NCBI GenBank assembly: GCA_040767195.1
Contig: JAXGPA010000004.1
Location: 173,738-237,737 of the forward strand
DNA from: Syntrophales bacterium
Lineage (GTDB): Bacteria > Desulfobacterota > Syntrophia > Syntrophales > UBA6807
Length of the DNA: 64,000 bases
Reading direction: 5' to 3'
Shown: positions 18,837-29,248 of the stretch, piece by piece
How positions within the stretch are numbered: position 1 is the first letter of the stretch
Layout: every line of letters begins with the position of its first letter
Notes under the pieces: generated by a model
Database searches by the model: none
Seen by the model: only the letters and a program-made list of their open reading frames with translations
Told to the model about the DNA's origin: nothing
Made by a program: the position numbers and the translations under genes

Positions 18837-21575
18837 CTAAGGGGTGAAAACCCGCTCTTCGGGAGACGAAAGCCAGGGTTCGATGTTGATGTTGATGCCC
18901 CAGATCCGGTCCCGGTTCGGCGGGGCCTCTCCCCACCAGTTGTTCCGGGCGTCAATGCAAATGGACGAGAAGGTCTGGACGGCCACGGCGTTTTCAATGA
19001 AATTATTGTTTTTTATCAAAGGGTTGGACATACCAACGGCGGTAATCGCCCCTTCCCCGGTGTTTCGGGTGAAGGTGCAGTGGGTGATCTTCGGTGACGC
19101 GTCGTTCCGGCAGGCCACACCGCTTTGCGAATTGTCCGCGATGTAGCAGAAGGTGATTTCCGGGGCTCCCCCGTGGAGATCGAAGGCCGTCGCGGCGAAC
19201 CGGACCGAACAGTACTCGAAGAAACTGTTCACCTTCGTCACCCCCGAAAGCCGGACGGCATGGGTGTAAAACCCCGGCGAGGGGGACGCCGCCGATGCCG
19301 TGAAAACGATGGGACTCTCCTTCGTGCCCCGGGCCACGACACCCCCGTCCCGGACCATGACGGCCGTCTTCTGGTCATACTGAATTTCCACCCCCGGTTC
19401 CACGAAGAGGGTCGCCCCCCCGTCGATCACGAGATCCGATTCGACTCGGTACGGGCTTTCGGAAAGGATGAGATAACCGTCCTCGAGGATCGTCCCGGAG
19501 AGAACGGCGTCCCGTACCGGGATCTTCCGCGATTTACCCTCCGGGGGCGGGCCGTCCAGGATGGAGCGGACATCAATCCGTCCGTGAATCTTCGACAGGA
19601 CGGAAAGGACCTCCACGGTGCCCCACCAGTTGTCGTGGGCCTTCACAGCTTCTCCCGTCATTTCTCCCGAGACATCGTAGGGCCTGTTTTCACAGAAGAC
19701 GTTCCCCCGGATCTCCGCCCGGGCCCTGGCGAGGCGGATTCCCGACCCACCGTTCCTGGAAATGACGTTGTTTTCGATGACCGCCTCGGCGTTCCCGATT
19801 TCGATCCCCGTACCGCCGTTCCCCTCGATGCGGCTGTCCCGAATGACGGGGCGGGCGGAGGAATCCACGAGGATTCCGGAAAGACGGTTCTTGTGGATGG
19901 CGCAGTTTCTGATTTCAGGCTTTGAAAAGGCCCCCTCGACCTGGATGCCCGCGCCGTTGCCCGTGATCTCCACGGATTCGATCTTCGGCGACGAGGCCTC
20001 GCAACGGATGGCCACATCGGCCCCCCGGACCCGGCAGAAACGAAGCAGGTTTTCCTTCTCCCTCACGTTGGCGAAACGGATTCCCGGCCAAGTGCCACCG
20101 CCGGCTTCTTCGAAATGAATGAGCCGCTTTTCGTCGCCCACGGCCGCGAGACGGCCTTCAACGGTGAGCGGGAAGCCTTTCGAACGGATCACCGTGCCCG
20201 GTTCGATGGTGAGAACGGCCCGGTCTTTTACGAGCACCGGCCCTTCCAGGATGTAGGGGCTCGCTCCGGAATACCATGTGGTTCCGGCCTCGATAACGCC
20301 GGAAACGGCTGTCGGGCCGGGGGGAAGGGGCATGCCTTCGGCGGGTTCCGTTTTGACGCTCTCGTTCCCCGCGGTGTCGAAAGCGGACAGGCGGTAGAAG
20401 TATCTTTGCAGGTTCTCAAGGCCGGCGTCCTTGAACTCGGCGAATTCCGTTTTCCCGATCTCCCCGTAGCCGCTCAGCGGCGTGAGGCTCCGGTAGAGAC
20501 GGTATCCCGCCAGGTCCTTTTCCGTGTTTTTCGTCCAGTCGAGGAGCACATAGGTGTTTCTGCCCACGGCCTGGAGGCCCCGGGGTGTTGCCGGCGGCGT
20601 CGTGTCAAGGGTCACTGTCCCGATGGCGTCGATCCACTGGGCCGTGTTCCCCGAATCGTCGGTCAGAAAACCGGTGACGATGGCGCCGTCCACGTTGTCC
20701 CCCGGAACGACCCGGTAGGTCCCCAGGTAGCCGCCTTCCTCCACCTCTTTCATGTCGACGCCCTTCCGGGCATCCCCGATGTTGAAGTAGGCCCGAAGGC
20801 CCGGGGTCCCTTTCATGACCACCTTCACCTCGTCACCGGCCTTTCTCGGAAGCCCTTTCGTGTCCTGGGTCAGGAAGGTGATGACGGGCGGGGGAACCTC
20901 GGCGAGTTTCGGAACGGGAATGGTTTTCACCATGTCCCGGAAGAGGTCGTCACAGGCCCGAAGGAGCTGGATGTCCCGGATGTTGAGCGACGTGGCGATG
21001 ATCGTGGCGATGATGCCCACCGGCGTCGTCGAGATGCCTCCCGAGTGCGTGCGAACGGTGTGCTCGCCGCTCCAGAGAAAATTTCCCGTTTTCGTGTCGT
21101 ACATCTCGATGGCCGCCCCGACGGACACCTGGGAGTAGATGACGGCGAAAAGCTTGTCGAAGTTGGAAATGGTCCCGAACACGACGGCGTCCACGGAGAG
21201 GATCTTCCCGAGCTCCTGGGCGCCCTTTTTCCGGATCTCCTCGGGGTCCGTGAGCCCCTGTTTCTGGAGAAGATAGTTGACCCGGGAAAGTTCCATGTCC
21301 CGGTAGGGCAAAGAACTCAGGTGATTGTAAAAACACTTCCGGACAATCTCGAAGCCTTCCTTGCTTCTCGACTGGTCCACGAAGGGCACGATGGCCACGG
21401 ACCGGGGAAGGTGTTTCTCCATGTAGGGATCCACCTTGTACGTCCCCTCGAAGAAGCTTTGTACCTCCGAAACGACGCCGGTTTTTTTCGTGGACACGAC
21501 ACAGTTGACGAGAAGAAGGGAGAGAACGGCGAGAAGAATGAGGGGCAGCGGGGTTCTTTTCAGCCGTCTAGGCAT
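18837..21575 (-). CDS. Large exported (lipo)protein: DUF799/GNA1162-like domain, FN3 domain, two parallel beta-helix modules
   Basis: Signal ending LLLVNC; PRSVAIVPF...QELGKILSVDAVVFGTI...TGNFLWSG; DTTPPATP...W...DLAGYRLYR...Y..SAFDTAGNES (FN3); repeated N-x-G-x-GI units; two NWWG caps. Confidence 0.7.
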   Translation of the reverse strand: MPRRLKRTPLPLILLAVLSLLLVNCVVSTKKTGVVSEVQSFFEGTYKVDPYMEKHLPRSVAIVPFVDQSRSKEGFEIVRKCFYNHLSSLPYRDMELSRVNYLLQKQGLTDPEEIRKKGAQELGKILSVDAVVFGTISNFDKLFAVIYSQVSVGAAIEMYDTKTGNFLWSGEHTVRTHSGGISTTPVGIIATIIATSLNIRDIQLLRACDDLFRDMVKTIPVPKLAEVPPPVITFLTQDTKGLPRKAGDEVKVVMKGTPGLRAYFNIGDARKGVDMKEVEEGGYLGTYRVVPGDNVDGAIVTGFLTDDSGNTAQWIDAIGTVTLDTTPPATPRGLQAVGRNTYVLLDWTKNTEKDLAGYRLYRSLTPLSGYGEIGKTEFAEFKDAGLENLQRYFYRLSAFDTAGNESVKTEPAEGMPLPPGPTAVSGVIEAGTTWYSGASPYILEGPVLVKDRAVLTIEPGTVIRSKGFPLTVEGRLAAVGDEKRLIHFEEAGGGTWPGIRFANVREKENLLRFCRVRGADVAIRCEASSPKIESVEITGNGAGIQVEGAFSKPEIRNCAIHKNRLSGILVDSSARPVIRDSRIEGNGGTGIEIGNAEAVIENNVISRNGGSGIRLARARAEIRGNVFCENRPYDVSGEMTGEAVKAHDNWWGTVEVLSVLSKIHGRIDVRSILDGPPPEGKSRKIPVRDAVLSGTILEDGYLILSESPYRVESDLVIDGGATLFVEPGVEIQYDQKTAVMVRDGGVVARGTKESPIVFTASAASPSPGFYTHAVRLSGVTKVNSFFEYCSVRFAATAFDLHGGAPEITFCYIADNSQSGVACRNDASPKITHCTFTRNTGEGAITAVGMSNPLIKNNNFIENAVAVQTFSSICIDARNNWWGEAPPNRDRIWGININIEPWLSSPEERVFTP

Positions 21576-21631
21576 GGTGCCTCCTTTCAGAGTGGATCCG
21601 GACCGGCGGCGGCCCCTCCCGCGGGGAGGAT

Positions 21632-22417
21632 TCAGAAACCGGTGACGCTTCGGAGGGCGTTTTCATCGTCTTCGATCACTGCCCCATGGCCCGGATAGAT
21701 CTTCAGCGGTCTCGTGTTCCCGAGGAGGTACTGAAAAGAATCGGTCATGCGCCGCCGGTCCTGGTAAAACCGGTTCAGCGCCGCATTTTTTCTCATTACC
21801 ATATTGATAATGAGATCTCCACAGATTAATTCACCGGTGGGATCGTTATAGAAGCTCACCGAGTCCCCGGTGTGACCGGGCGTCTCGATGATTTCCCAGC
21901 TGTCGAGCCCCAGGGGGTAACGCCGCCCCGGCCCTTTGGGGTAAACGATCCGGTCTTCATAGGGAAGGCGGCGGCACCTGCGAATGCCGGGCAGGGGGAT
22001 TCCCGCCGGGGTCATGACTCTGAAGTGGGCGGCCCGCCTCACCGAAGAGGCGCTCATGACAGACGCCGGCATGAGGCCGACGAACCAGTTCCGCATGATC
22101 GGCACGGGGGCGGTCCCCTCGAGATATCCGAAGACCTGCCGGGGCATGAGGACCGTTGTTTCCGGCAGACACCGCCGGAGAAGGAACCCGATGCCGCCGA
22201 TGTGGTCAATGTGAAAGTGTGTGGCAGCGATGAAGAGGAGATCCTCCAGGGACCGGTGGAGAACCCCGGTGAGATAGTCTTCCACGTCGAGGGCGCTCCC
22301 CCGGCTTCCCACATCGACGGCGGCGACCCCCGAGGCTCCCTCGATGAGATAAGCCCGGGCGAATCCCGTGTGGGATATGGCGTGGACGCAGGGTTTTTTA
22401 ACACGCATGGAAACCAT
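21632..22417 (-). CDS. MBL-fold metallo-hydrolase
   Basis: THFHIDHIGG (HxHxDH), TPGHT, CGD, YPGHG; start uncertain. Confidence 0.85.
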   Translation of the reverse strand: MVSMRVKKPCVHAISHTGFARAYLIEGASGVAAVDVGSRGSALDVEDYLTGVLHRSLEDLLFIAATHFHIDHIGGIGFLLRRCLPETTVLMPRQVFGYLEGTAPVPIMRNWFVGLMPASVMSASSVRRAAHFRVMTPAGIPLPGIRRCRRLPYEDRIVYPKGPGRRYPLGLDSWEIIETPGHTGDSVSFYNDPTGELICGDLIINMVMRKNAALNRFYQDRRRMTDSFQYLLGNTRPLKIYPGHGAVIEDDENALRSVTGF

Positions 22418-22491
22418 CTTGCCGACAACCCCTGGAATGACCGGACGGGAGGGCCGCGGCAAGGGGGCGCTTCCGTCAAGGCCGCCGCGGG

Positions 22492-23331
22492 TCAACGGGA
22501 TTTCAGGTAGTCTTCCAGGGCGACCTGCCAGAACCGGAGGGTCTTCCCCGTCGTCTCGGAAAACTTCTGGGTGGACAGGACGGAATACGCCGGCCGCCGG
22601 GCTTTCCTGTCCAGGTCACCGGACGAGATGGGGTGGATCGTCACGGAGGTCATTCCGGCAAGCTCGACGATTTTCGCGGCGAAATCATACCAGCTGCAGG
22701 TTCCCCGGTTGGTGACATGGAAAATCCCCCGGTGATTCCCCTCGAGGAGAATCCGGACCGCCGCCGCCAGGTCCGTCGTGTACGTGGGCGACCCGACCTG
22801 GTCGTTCACCACCCGGAGGACGCCCACCTCTTTCGCCCTGGCCAGGATGCTCTCGACGAAATTCTTCCCCCTTCTGCCATAGAGCCAGGCCGTGCGGATC
22901 AGGAGATATTCCGGGGCGATCTCCCGGAGATAGCACTCCCCCAGGTATTTCGACGAGCCGTAAGCGTTCAGGGGGAGGCAGGGCTGGTCCTCCCCGTAGG
23001 GAACCCGGCCCCGGCCGTCAAAGACATAGTCGGTGCTGAAATGGACGAGGGTCGATCCCCGGTCGCGGCAGACCTGGGCCAGGTGCCCCACGCCCTCGGC
23101 ATTGACGTTGAAGCAGCGGTTCCTGTCCGTTTCACAGGCGTCCACGTCGGTGTAGGCCGCGGCGTTGATCACCACGTCCGGATCCCGCTCCCCGACGATC
23201 CTCCGACATTCGAAAGGGCTGGAAAGGTCAAAGTCGTCCACATCCGCCCCCGTCACCTCGTGGTAAAGACCGAGAAGCCTGTACAGATCCGTGCCGAGCA
23301 TCCCCTTGTGGCCGAGGATCAGAATTTTCAT
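22492..23331 (-). CDS. rfbD: dTDP-4-dehydrorhamnose reductase
   Basis: GHKGMLG, INAAAYTDVD, HFSTDYVFDG, YGSSK, VNDQVGSPT, RPAYSVL. Confidence 0.95.
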   Translation of the reverse strand: MKILILGHKGMLGTDLYRLLGLYHEVTGADVDDFDLSSPFECRRIVGERDPDVVINAAAYTDVDACETDRNRCFNVNAEGVGHLAQVCRDRGSTLVHFSTDYVFDGRGRVPYGEDQPCLPLNAYGSSKYLGECYLREIAPEYLLIRTAWLYGRRGKNFVESILARAKEVGVLRVVNDQVGSPTYTTDLAAAVRILLEGNHRGIFHVTNRGTCSWYDFAAKIVELAGMTSVTIHPISSGDLDRKARRPAYSVLSTQKFSETTGKTLRFWQVALEDYLKSR

Positions 23332-24068
23332 TCGTAGGAGACCTCCATGAGAAACAGTCCCTGGGGGGGCGCCGTCATGGCCGCCCGCCGCCGGTCTTTC
23401 GCCGCCAGGATCGCGGGGACATCTTCGGGGCAGGCCTTTCCCTTCCCGATTTCCACGAGAAGCCCGACCATGTTCCTGACCATGTGGCGGAGGAACCCGT
23501 CCGCCTCGACGGTGAAAAGGATCTCCCCCTCTCCCCGGAAATCCAGGAAAGCCCGGGTCACCGTCCGGACCCGCCCCCGGGTGTCGCACCGGGCGGCGCA
23601 GAAGGACGTGAAATCGAGGGTTCCCAGAAAATGGGAAACCCCTTCCTCCATCCGTGCCGGGTCGAGAGGGAAACGGACGTGCCAGGCGAAATTCCTGAGA
23701 AGGGCCGGCCTTACGGGCCCGTTGAGGATCCGGTACCGGTAGACCTTTCTCCGGGCGTCGAAACGGGCGTGAAAGGCGGGATCGGCGTCGCCAAGGGCCT
23801 TCACGGCCATGTCCCGGGGGAGGAGGCTGTTCAGCCCCTTCAGGAAGTTGGCCGCGGGAATGGCCGACCGGGTCTTGAAGTTCGCCACCTGGTTCAGGGC
23901 GTGAACCCCGGCGTCGGTCCGGCCCGCACCGACGACCGTCACCGGTTCCCCGGTCATCTTCGCGACGGCTTCCTCGAGGGTTCCCTGTATGGAAGGACCG
24001 GACGGCTGGCGCTGCCAGCCGCGGTATGCCGTTCCGTCATATTCAACGGTCAGTCGAATGTTTCTCAT
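23328..24068 (-). CDS. truA: tRNA pseudouridine(38-40) synthase
   Basis: EYDGTAYRGWQRQ, GAGRTDAGVHA, FHARF, GFLRHMVR, TAPPQGLFL. Confidence 0.96.
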   Translation of the reverse strand: MRNIRLTVEYDGTAYRGWQRQPSGPSIQGTLEEAVAKMTGEPVTVVGAGRTDAGVHALNQVANFKTRSAIPAANFLKGLNSLLPRDMAVKALGDADPAFHARFDARRKVYRYRILNGPVRPALLRNFAWHVRFPLDPARMEEGVSHFLGTLDFTSFCAARCDTRGRVRTVTRAFLDFRGEGEILFTVEADGFLRHMVRNMVGLLVEIGKGKACPEDVPAILAAKDRRRAAMTAPPQGLFLMEVSYE

Positions 24069-24110
24069 GGCCCCCCGGAATGCCCCGCGCCTGCCGGGGC
24101 CACGCCCCTC

Positions 24111-25292
24111 TCAGCAGTTGTTCAGGGCCTCCACGGCGGGAAGCTTCTTCCCTTCGAGAAGCTCCAGGAAGGCGCCGCCTCCCGTCGAAATGTAGGAGAT
24201 GTTGTCGCTTTCCCGGGCCTGGTGTATGGCCACATCCGTGTCGCCGCCGCCGACGATGGTCAGGGCGTAGGAGTTAGCGACGCTGTGGGCCAGGGCGAAG
24301 GTCCCCCGGCTGAAGGCGTCCTTCTCGAAAACGCCCATGGGACCGTTCCAGACAATGGTCTTTGCGTTGGCGAGGGCTTCCGTGAACAGGGTGATCGTCG
24401 CCGGCCCAATGTCCAGCCCCGTCCAGTGGGGGTTGATCTCCTGGATGGGTACGATTTTTGTTTCCGCTCCTTCTTCCAGGCTCTCGGCGATGACGCAGTC
24501 CACGGGAAGATAGAACTTTACCCCGAGTTCCCGGGCCGTTTTCATGACCTCCTCCGCCCGGGGGATCAGGTCCTCCTCGACGAGCGATTTCCCCACCTCG
24601 TGGCCCAGGGCCTTCAGGAACGTGAAGGCCATGCCGCCGCCAATGATCATCTTGTCGACCTTTCTCACGAGGTTGGCCAGGGCTTCCAGTTTCCCCGACA
24701 CCTTGGAGCCTCCGATGATGGCGATGAGGGGGCGGGAGGGCTCCTCCATGGCCCGGTTGAAATAGTTGAGTTCATTCTTCATGAGGAACCCGGCGGCGCA
24801 CTCCTTGACATACCGCGTGATGGCCACGTTGGACGCGTGGCTGCGATGGGCGTTGCCGAAGGCGTCGTCGATGTACACGTCGGCAAGGCTCGCCAGCTCC
24901 CTGGCGAATTCATCGGAATTCTTCTCCTCCTCTATGTGAAACCGGAGATTCTCCAGGAGAACGAGGCAGCCCGGACGCATGTTTTCCGTTATTCTCTTCA
25001 CTTCATCGCCGATGCAGTCCTTGGCGAGGATGACTTCCTTTCCCAGGAGTCGTGAAAGCCGGCGCGCCACCGGTGTGAGGCTCAACCGGTCCACGGCCTT
25101 TCCCTTCGGCCTCCCGAGGTGGGAGATGGCGATGACCCTGGCGCCCTCGTCGAGGGCGTGGTTGATCGTGGGAAGGGCAGCCCGGATTCGGGTGTCGTCC
25201 ACAATGTGGGAATTCTCGTCGAGCGGCACGTTGAAATCGAACCGGCACAGCACCCTTTTCCCCTTGAGATCGAGCTGGTCAATATATTTCAT
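24111..25292 (-). CDS. pgk: Phosphoglycerate kinase
   Basis: [51 protein letters not shown]. Confidence 0.98.
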   Translation of the reverse strand: MKYIDQLDLKGKRVLCRFDFNVPLDENSHIVDDTRIRAALPTINHALDEGARVIAISHLGRPKGKAVDRLSLTPVARRLSRLLGKEVILAKDCIGDEVKRITENMRPGCLVLLENLRFHIEEEKNSDEFARELASLADVYIDDAFGNAHRSHASNVAITRYVKECAAGFLMKNELNYFNRAMEEPSRPLIAIIGGSKVSGKLEALANLVRKVDKMIIGGGMAFTFLKALGHEVGKSLVEEDLIPRAEEVMKTARELGVKFYLPVDCVIAESLEEGAETKIVPIQEINPHWTGLDIGPATITLFTEALANAKTIVWNGPMGVFEKDAFSRGTFALAHSVANSYALTIVGGGDTDVAIHQARESDNISYISTGGGAFLELLEGKKLPAVEALNNC

Positions 25293-25642
25293 GCGGCCTC
25301 CCAATTTTTCATGAGAACGATTTTTACGGCTTTATGGAAAACAACCGACGGTTGTTCGTTGACGGAAAAAGCCCCCTGCGGGCGGCCCGGCGGAAACCGC
25401 CTTCCCGGATCGAAAGCCCCCCGGTTTCTTCCCGCCGGAAACGGCGGGCGGGGAATTCCGACCGAAGAGGGCGGAACGGAACAGTCAGGGATGAAAAGCT
25501 TATATCGTAACGTCATAAAATGGTCAAGGCGTATTAGCCGGCCCGCCGCCCGCGTATATTTGTATTGCAATTCCCGGCGATTCATGGTAGGAGGCCGTTT
25601 TCTGTAACACAACGCCAATCCAATACAAAAGGGAGTGTTCGT

Positions 25643-27196
25643 ATGGGATTAACAGCAGACAGGATTCAGGCTTTCGAAGAGAGAAGAGACCGTCTCACCA
25701 CCATGGGCGGGGAAAAGATGATCGAAAAGCAGCACGCCCTGGGAAAACTCACCGCCCGGGAAAGACTGGATCGCTTCTTCGATCCGGGAACCTTTCAGGA
25801 AATCCAGCTTTTCGTCAAGACCCGGTCGACCCTTTTCGGTCTCGGTGACAAGGAAATCAAGGCCGACGGCGTCATCACCGGCTTCGGAAAGGTCAACGGG
25901 CGGACCGTGTACGCCGCCGCCCAGGACTTCACCAGCGCGGGCGGGAGCCTCGGTGAAATGCACGCCAAGAAGATCTGGAAGGTCATGGACATGGCCATCG
26001 ATACCCGGAAGCCCTTCGTCGCCCTGAACGATTCCGGCGGGGCCCGGATCCAGGAAGGCGTGCCGTCCCTGGACGGTTACGGCGGCATCTTCTACCGGAA
26101 CACCATCGCTTCGGGATACATCCCCCAGATCACGGCCATCATGGGACCCACGGCGGGAGGGGCCGTCTACTCCCCCGCTCTCACCGACTGGGTCTTCATG
26201 GTCAAGAAAAGCAGCTACATGTACATCACCGGTCCCGACGTCATCAAGGCGGTCATCGGGGAGGAAGTGACCCATGACGAGCTGGGGGGCGCCGTCGCTC
26301 ATGCCTCGAAAAGCGGTGTCTGCCACTTCGCCACGGAAAACGACGAAGACTGCATCGACAAGATCAAAACCCTCCTTTCCTATCTGCCCGACAGCTGCCA
26401 CAGCCCCCTTCCCGTGGCGGAATGCACGGACACCGCCGATCGCGAGTGTCCCGAGCTGGACACCATCATCCCCGACAAGGCCACCCGGGGATATGAAATG
26501 CGGAATGTCGTCAAGGCCGTGGCCGACAACAACGAAATCTTCGAGCCCCACGAGCTGTGGGCCAAGAGCATGCTCGTCGCCTTCATCCGGATCATGGGGA
26601 GACCCGTGGGCGTCATCGCCAACAATCCCCGGAACAGCGCCGGCGTTCTCGACGTGGACGCCTCCGACAAGGCTTCCCGGTTCATCCGGTTCTGCGACGC
26701 CTTCAACATCCCCCTTCTGACCTTCGCCGACGTTCCCGGATACATGCCCGGAACGGAACAGGAATGGTCGGGCATTATCAGCCACGGCGCCAAGCTTCTC
26801 CACGCGTACTCGGAAGCCACGGTTCCCAAGATCACCGTCGTGACCCGCAAGGACTACGGCGGAGCCTACATCGGCATGTGCAGCAAATACCTGGGCGCCG
26901 ATTACGTCATGGCCTGGCCTTCCGCGGAAATCGCCGTCATGGGCGCCGAAGGGGCCTGCAACATCATCTACCGGAAGGAAATCACCTCGGCCGATGATCC
27001 CGCGGCGAAGCGGAAGGAACTCGTCGCCGCCTACGAGGAGCAGTTCAACAACCCCTATTTCGCGGCCAGCATGGGCATCATCGAGGAAGTCATCGCCCCC
27101 CGGGACACCCGGAAGCGGGTGGCCCTCGTTCTCGACGCCCTGGCGGACAAGAAGAAGGACATGCTCCCCAAGAAGCACAACAACATCCCCCTGTAA
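25643..27196 (+). CDS. Acyl-CoA carboxylase/decarboxylase carboxyltransferase subunit (PccB/MmdA/transcarboxylase 12S family)
   Basis: GKLTARERL, QDFTSAGGSLG, DSGGARIQEG, GGAVYSPALTD, FCDAFNIP, AEIAVMGAEGA, KKHNNIPL. Confidence 0.93.
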   Translation: MGLTADRIQAFEERRDRLTTMGGEKMIEKQHALGKLTARERLDRFFDPGTFQEIQLFVKTRSTLFGLGDKEIKADGVITGFGKVNGRTVYAAAQDFTSAGGSLGEMHAKKIWKVMDMAIDTRKPFVALNDSGGARIQEGVPSLDGYGGIFYRNTIASGYIPQITAIMGPTAGGAVYSPALTDWVFMVKKSSYMYITGPDVIKAVIGEEVTHDELGGAVAHASKSGVCHFATENDEDCIDKIKTLLSYLPDSCHSPLPVAECTDTADRECPELDTIIPDKATRGYEMRNVVKAVADNNEIFEPHELWAKSMLVAFIRIMGRPVGVIANNPRNSAGVLDVDASDKASRFIRFCDAFNIPLLTFADVPGYMPGTEQEWSGIISHGAKLLHAYSEATVPKITVVTRKDYGGAYIGMCSKYLGADYVMAWPSAEIAVMGAEGACNIIYRKEITSADDPAAKRKELVAAYEEQFNNPYFAASMGIIEEVIAPRDTRKRVALVLDALADKKKDMLPKKHNNIPL

Positions 27197-27223
27197 CAGA
27201 ATCGGGGCAAGAAGGGACAAATC

Positions 27224-27257
27224 AAAAAAGGCGGGCCCGAAAGGCCCGCCTTTTTTT
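27224..27257. terminator. Bidirectional Rho-independent terminator
   Basis: A6-GGCGGGCC-CGAAA-GGCCCGCC-T7 between the convergent carboxyltransferase and gltX genes. Confidence 0.9.
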
Positions 27258-27301
27258 GTTGCCCGCCCGGGGCCGGGCCGCTGCCCTTTCCCGGGAAACG
27301 G

Positions 27302-28759
27302 TCACCGATCCCGTTTCTCCCCCTGGATTTCGGAAAGGGCCCTGTCTAGGCGGAGAAGAACCGTATCCTGGGACAGGAGGCCGTAAACCCGCTCCAGTTC
27401 CGGCCCGGAGAGGCTTCCCGTCAGGGCGGCCCGAAGGGGTCGGAACAGGGACTTACCCCGTTTTCCCGTCTTCCTGGAAACAATGCCAATCCATTCTCCG
27501 TAAGTGATTTTCCCCTCATGGGCCGTGGCATCCCTGAAAGCCCGCAGAACGTCCCGGCTTTCTTCCCTTGTCAGAACCTCCCGGGCCTCCTCGTCGGGGA
27601 AAACGGGGTAGGACAGGAATACGGGAAGAAACGTCTCCACATCGGACAGGGTCCGGAGGTTGAACCGGAGGGTGTCGAGAATCTCCATGAGTCTTTCCCG
27701 CCCCAGGGTCGCCGGTTCGACACCGGCCTTTTCAAGAAAGGGAAGGGCGGCTTCGTAAAGCCTTGCCGGGTCGGCATCCCGGAGGTAGACACCGTTTACC
27801 CAGTTCAGTTTCTCCTCGTCGAAAACGGCCCCGCTCTTTCCCGACCGGTCCAGGGAAAACCGGGAAACCATCTCCTCCCGGGAACAGATTTCCTGCCCCC
27901 CCTCGAAGGAGCTTCCCAGAAGGGCGAGATAGTTCACCAGGGCCTCGGGAAGATATCCCCGGTCCCGAAACTCGCGGACGGACACGGACCCGTGGCGTTT
28001 ACCCAGCTTGGACCGGTCTTCGCCGAGGATGAGGGAATGGTGGGCGAACCGGGGCGGCGCCCATCGGAAACTGCCGTAGATCATTACCTGGAGGGCCGTG
28101 TTGGAAAGATGGTCTTCCCCCCGGATGACGTGGCTGATGTTCATGAGGTGGTCGTCGACAACGGCGGCGAAGTTGTAGGCGGGGATCCCGTTGGACCGGA
28201 CGATGATGAAATCGCCCATGGCCCGGCCGTCGAAACGGACGGGACCGCGGATGAGATCACTGAATTCGATGATTCTCTCATCAACCCGGAAACGCCAGGC
28301 GGCCTTTCGCCCTTCTTTTTCCCTGTCGCGCCGTTCACTTGCCGACAGTCCCCGGCAGCGGCCCAGGTAACGGGGCATCTGCTTTCTCTGGACCAGGGCC
28401 GCCCGCTCCGCCTCCAGCTCGTCGTCGGTACAGTAGCACGGATAGGCCCGCCCTTCCCGGACCAGCCTGTCGAGATAGGGCCCGTAAATCGCCATGCGTT
28501 CCGACTGCCGGTAAGGTCCCGACGGGCCGCCCTCCCCGGGCCCTTCATCCCAGTCCAGGGAAAGCCACTTCAGGGACTGGAGGATCTCTTCCTCGAAGGC
28601 GGCGCTCGTCCGCTCCCGGTCCGTGTCCTCGATTCGTAGAACGAAACACCCCCCGTAACGGCGGGCGAAAAGCCAGTTGAAGAGGGCCGTCCGGGCATTT
28701 CCCACGTGGAGATATCCCGTCGGGGAAGGGGCGAAACGGACACGGGGACGCTCGTCCAC
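27302..28759 (-). CDS. gltX: Glutamate--tRNA ligase
   Basis: RFAPSPTGYLHVGN, LRIEDTD, YPCYC, RGEDHLSNT, KLGKR, RAALTG. Confidence 0.95.
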   Translation of the reverse strand: MDERPRVRFAPSPTGYLHVGNARTALFNWLFARRYGGCFVLRIEDTDRERTSAAFEEEILQSLKWLSLDWDEGPGEGGPSGPYRQSERMAIYGPYLDRLVREGRAYPCYCTDDELEAERAALVQRKQMPRYLGRCRGLSASERRDREKEGRKAAWRFRVDERIIEFSDLIRGPVRFDGRAMGDFIIVRSNGIPAYNFAAVVDDHLMNISHVIRGEDHLSNTALQVMIYGSFRWAPPRFAHHSLILGEDRSKLGKRHGSVSVREFRDRGYLPEALVNYLALLGSSFEGGQEICSREEMVSRFSLDRSGKSGAVFDEEKLNWVNGVYLRDADPARLYEAALPFLEKAGVEPATLGRERLMEILDTLRFNLRTLSDVETFLPVFLSYPVFPDEEAREVLTREESRDVLRAFRDATAHEGKITYGEWIGIVSRKTGKRGKSLFRPLRAALTGSLSGPELERVYGLLSQDTVLLRLDRALSEIQGEKRDR

Positions 28760-28762
28760 GGC

Positions 28763-29248
28763 TCAGCCTCCTCCCTCTTTGATGAGGACCACGGCCATGG
28801 CGGCCACCCCTTCCCCCCGTCCCACGAATCCCATCCCCTCGTTGGTGGTGGCCTTGACGTTCACCCGATCCGGCGGAATACGGCACGCACCGGCAATGTT
28901 TTTAACCATTCCCGGCAGATAGGCTTTGAGTTTCGGTTTTTCCTGGATGATCGTGGCGTCCACGTTCAGGATCCCAAATCCACGGGCTTCGACCATCTCG
29001 CAGACACGGCGGAGCAGGATGAGGCTCGATATGCCCTTAAAAGCGGCGTCCGTGTCGGGGAAGTGGCGCCCGATGTCCCCTTCGCCGAGAGCGCCCAGGA
29101 GGGCGTCACAGATAGCGTGGAGAAGAACATCGGCGTCGGAATGTCCCAGGAGACCCCGTTCGAAAGGGATCTCGACCCCCCCGAGGATCAGCGGCCGACC
29201 CGCCGCGAGGCGGTGACTATCGTATCCCGTTCCTGCCCGGATCACCAT
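28763..29248 (-). CDS. ispF: 2-C-methyl-D-erythritol 2,4-cyclodiphosphate synthase
   Basis: [40 protein letters not shown]. Confidence 0.96.
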   Translation of the reverse strand: MVIRAGTGYDSHRLAAGRPLILGGVEIPFERGLLGHSDADVLLHAICDALLGALGEGDIGRHFPDTDAAFKGISSLILLRRVCEMVEARGFGILNVDATIIQEKPKLKAYLPGMVKNIAGACRIPPDRVNVKATTNEGMGFVGRGEGVAAMAVVLIKEGGG

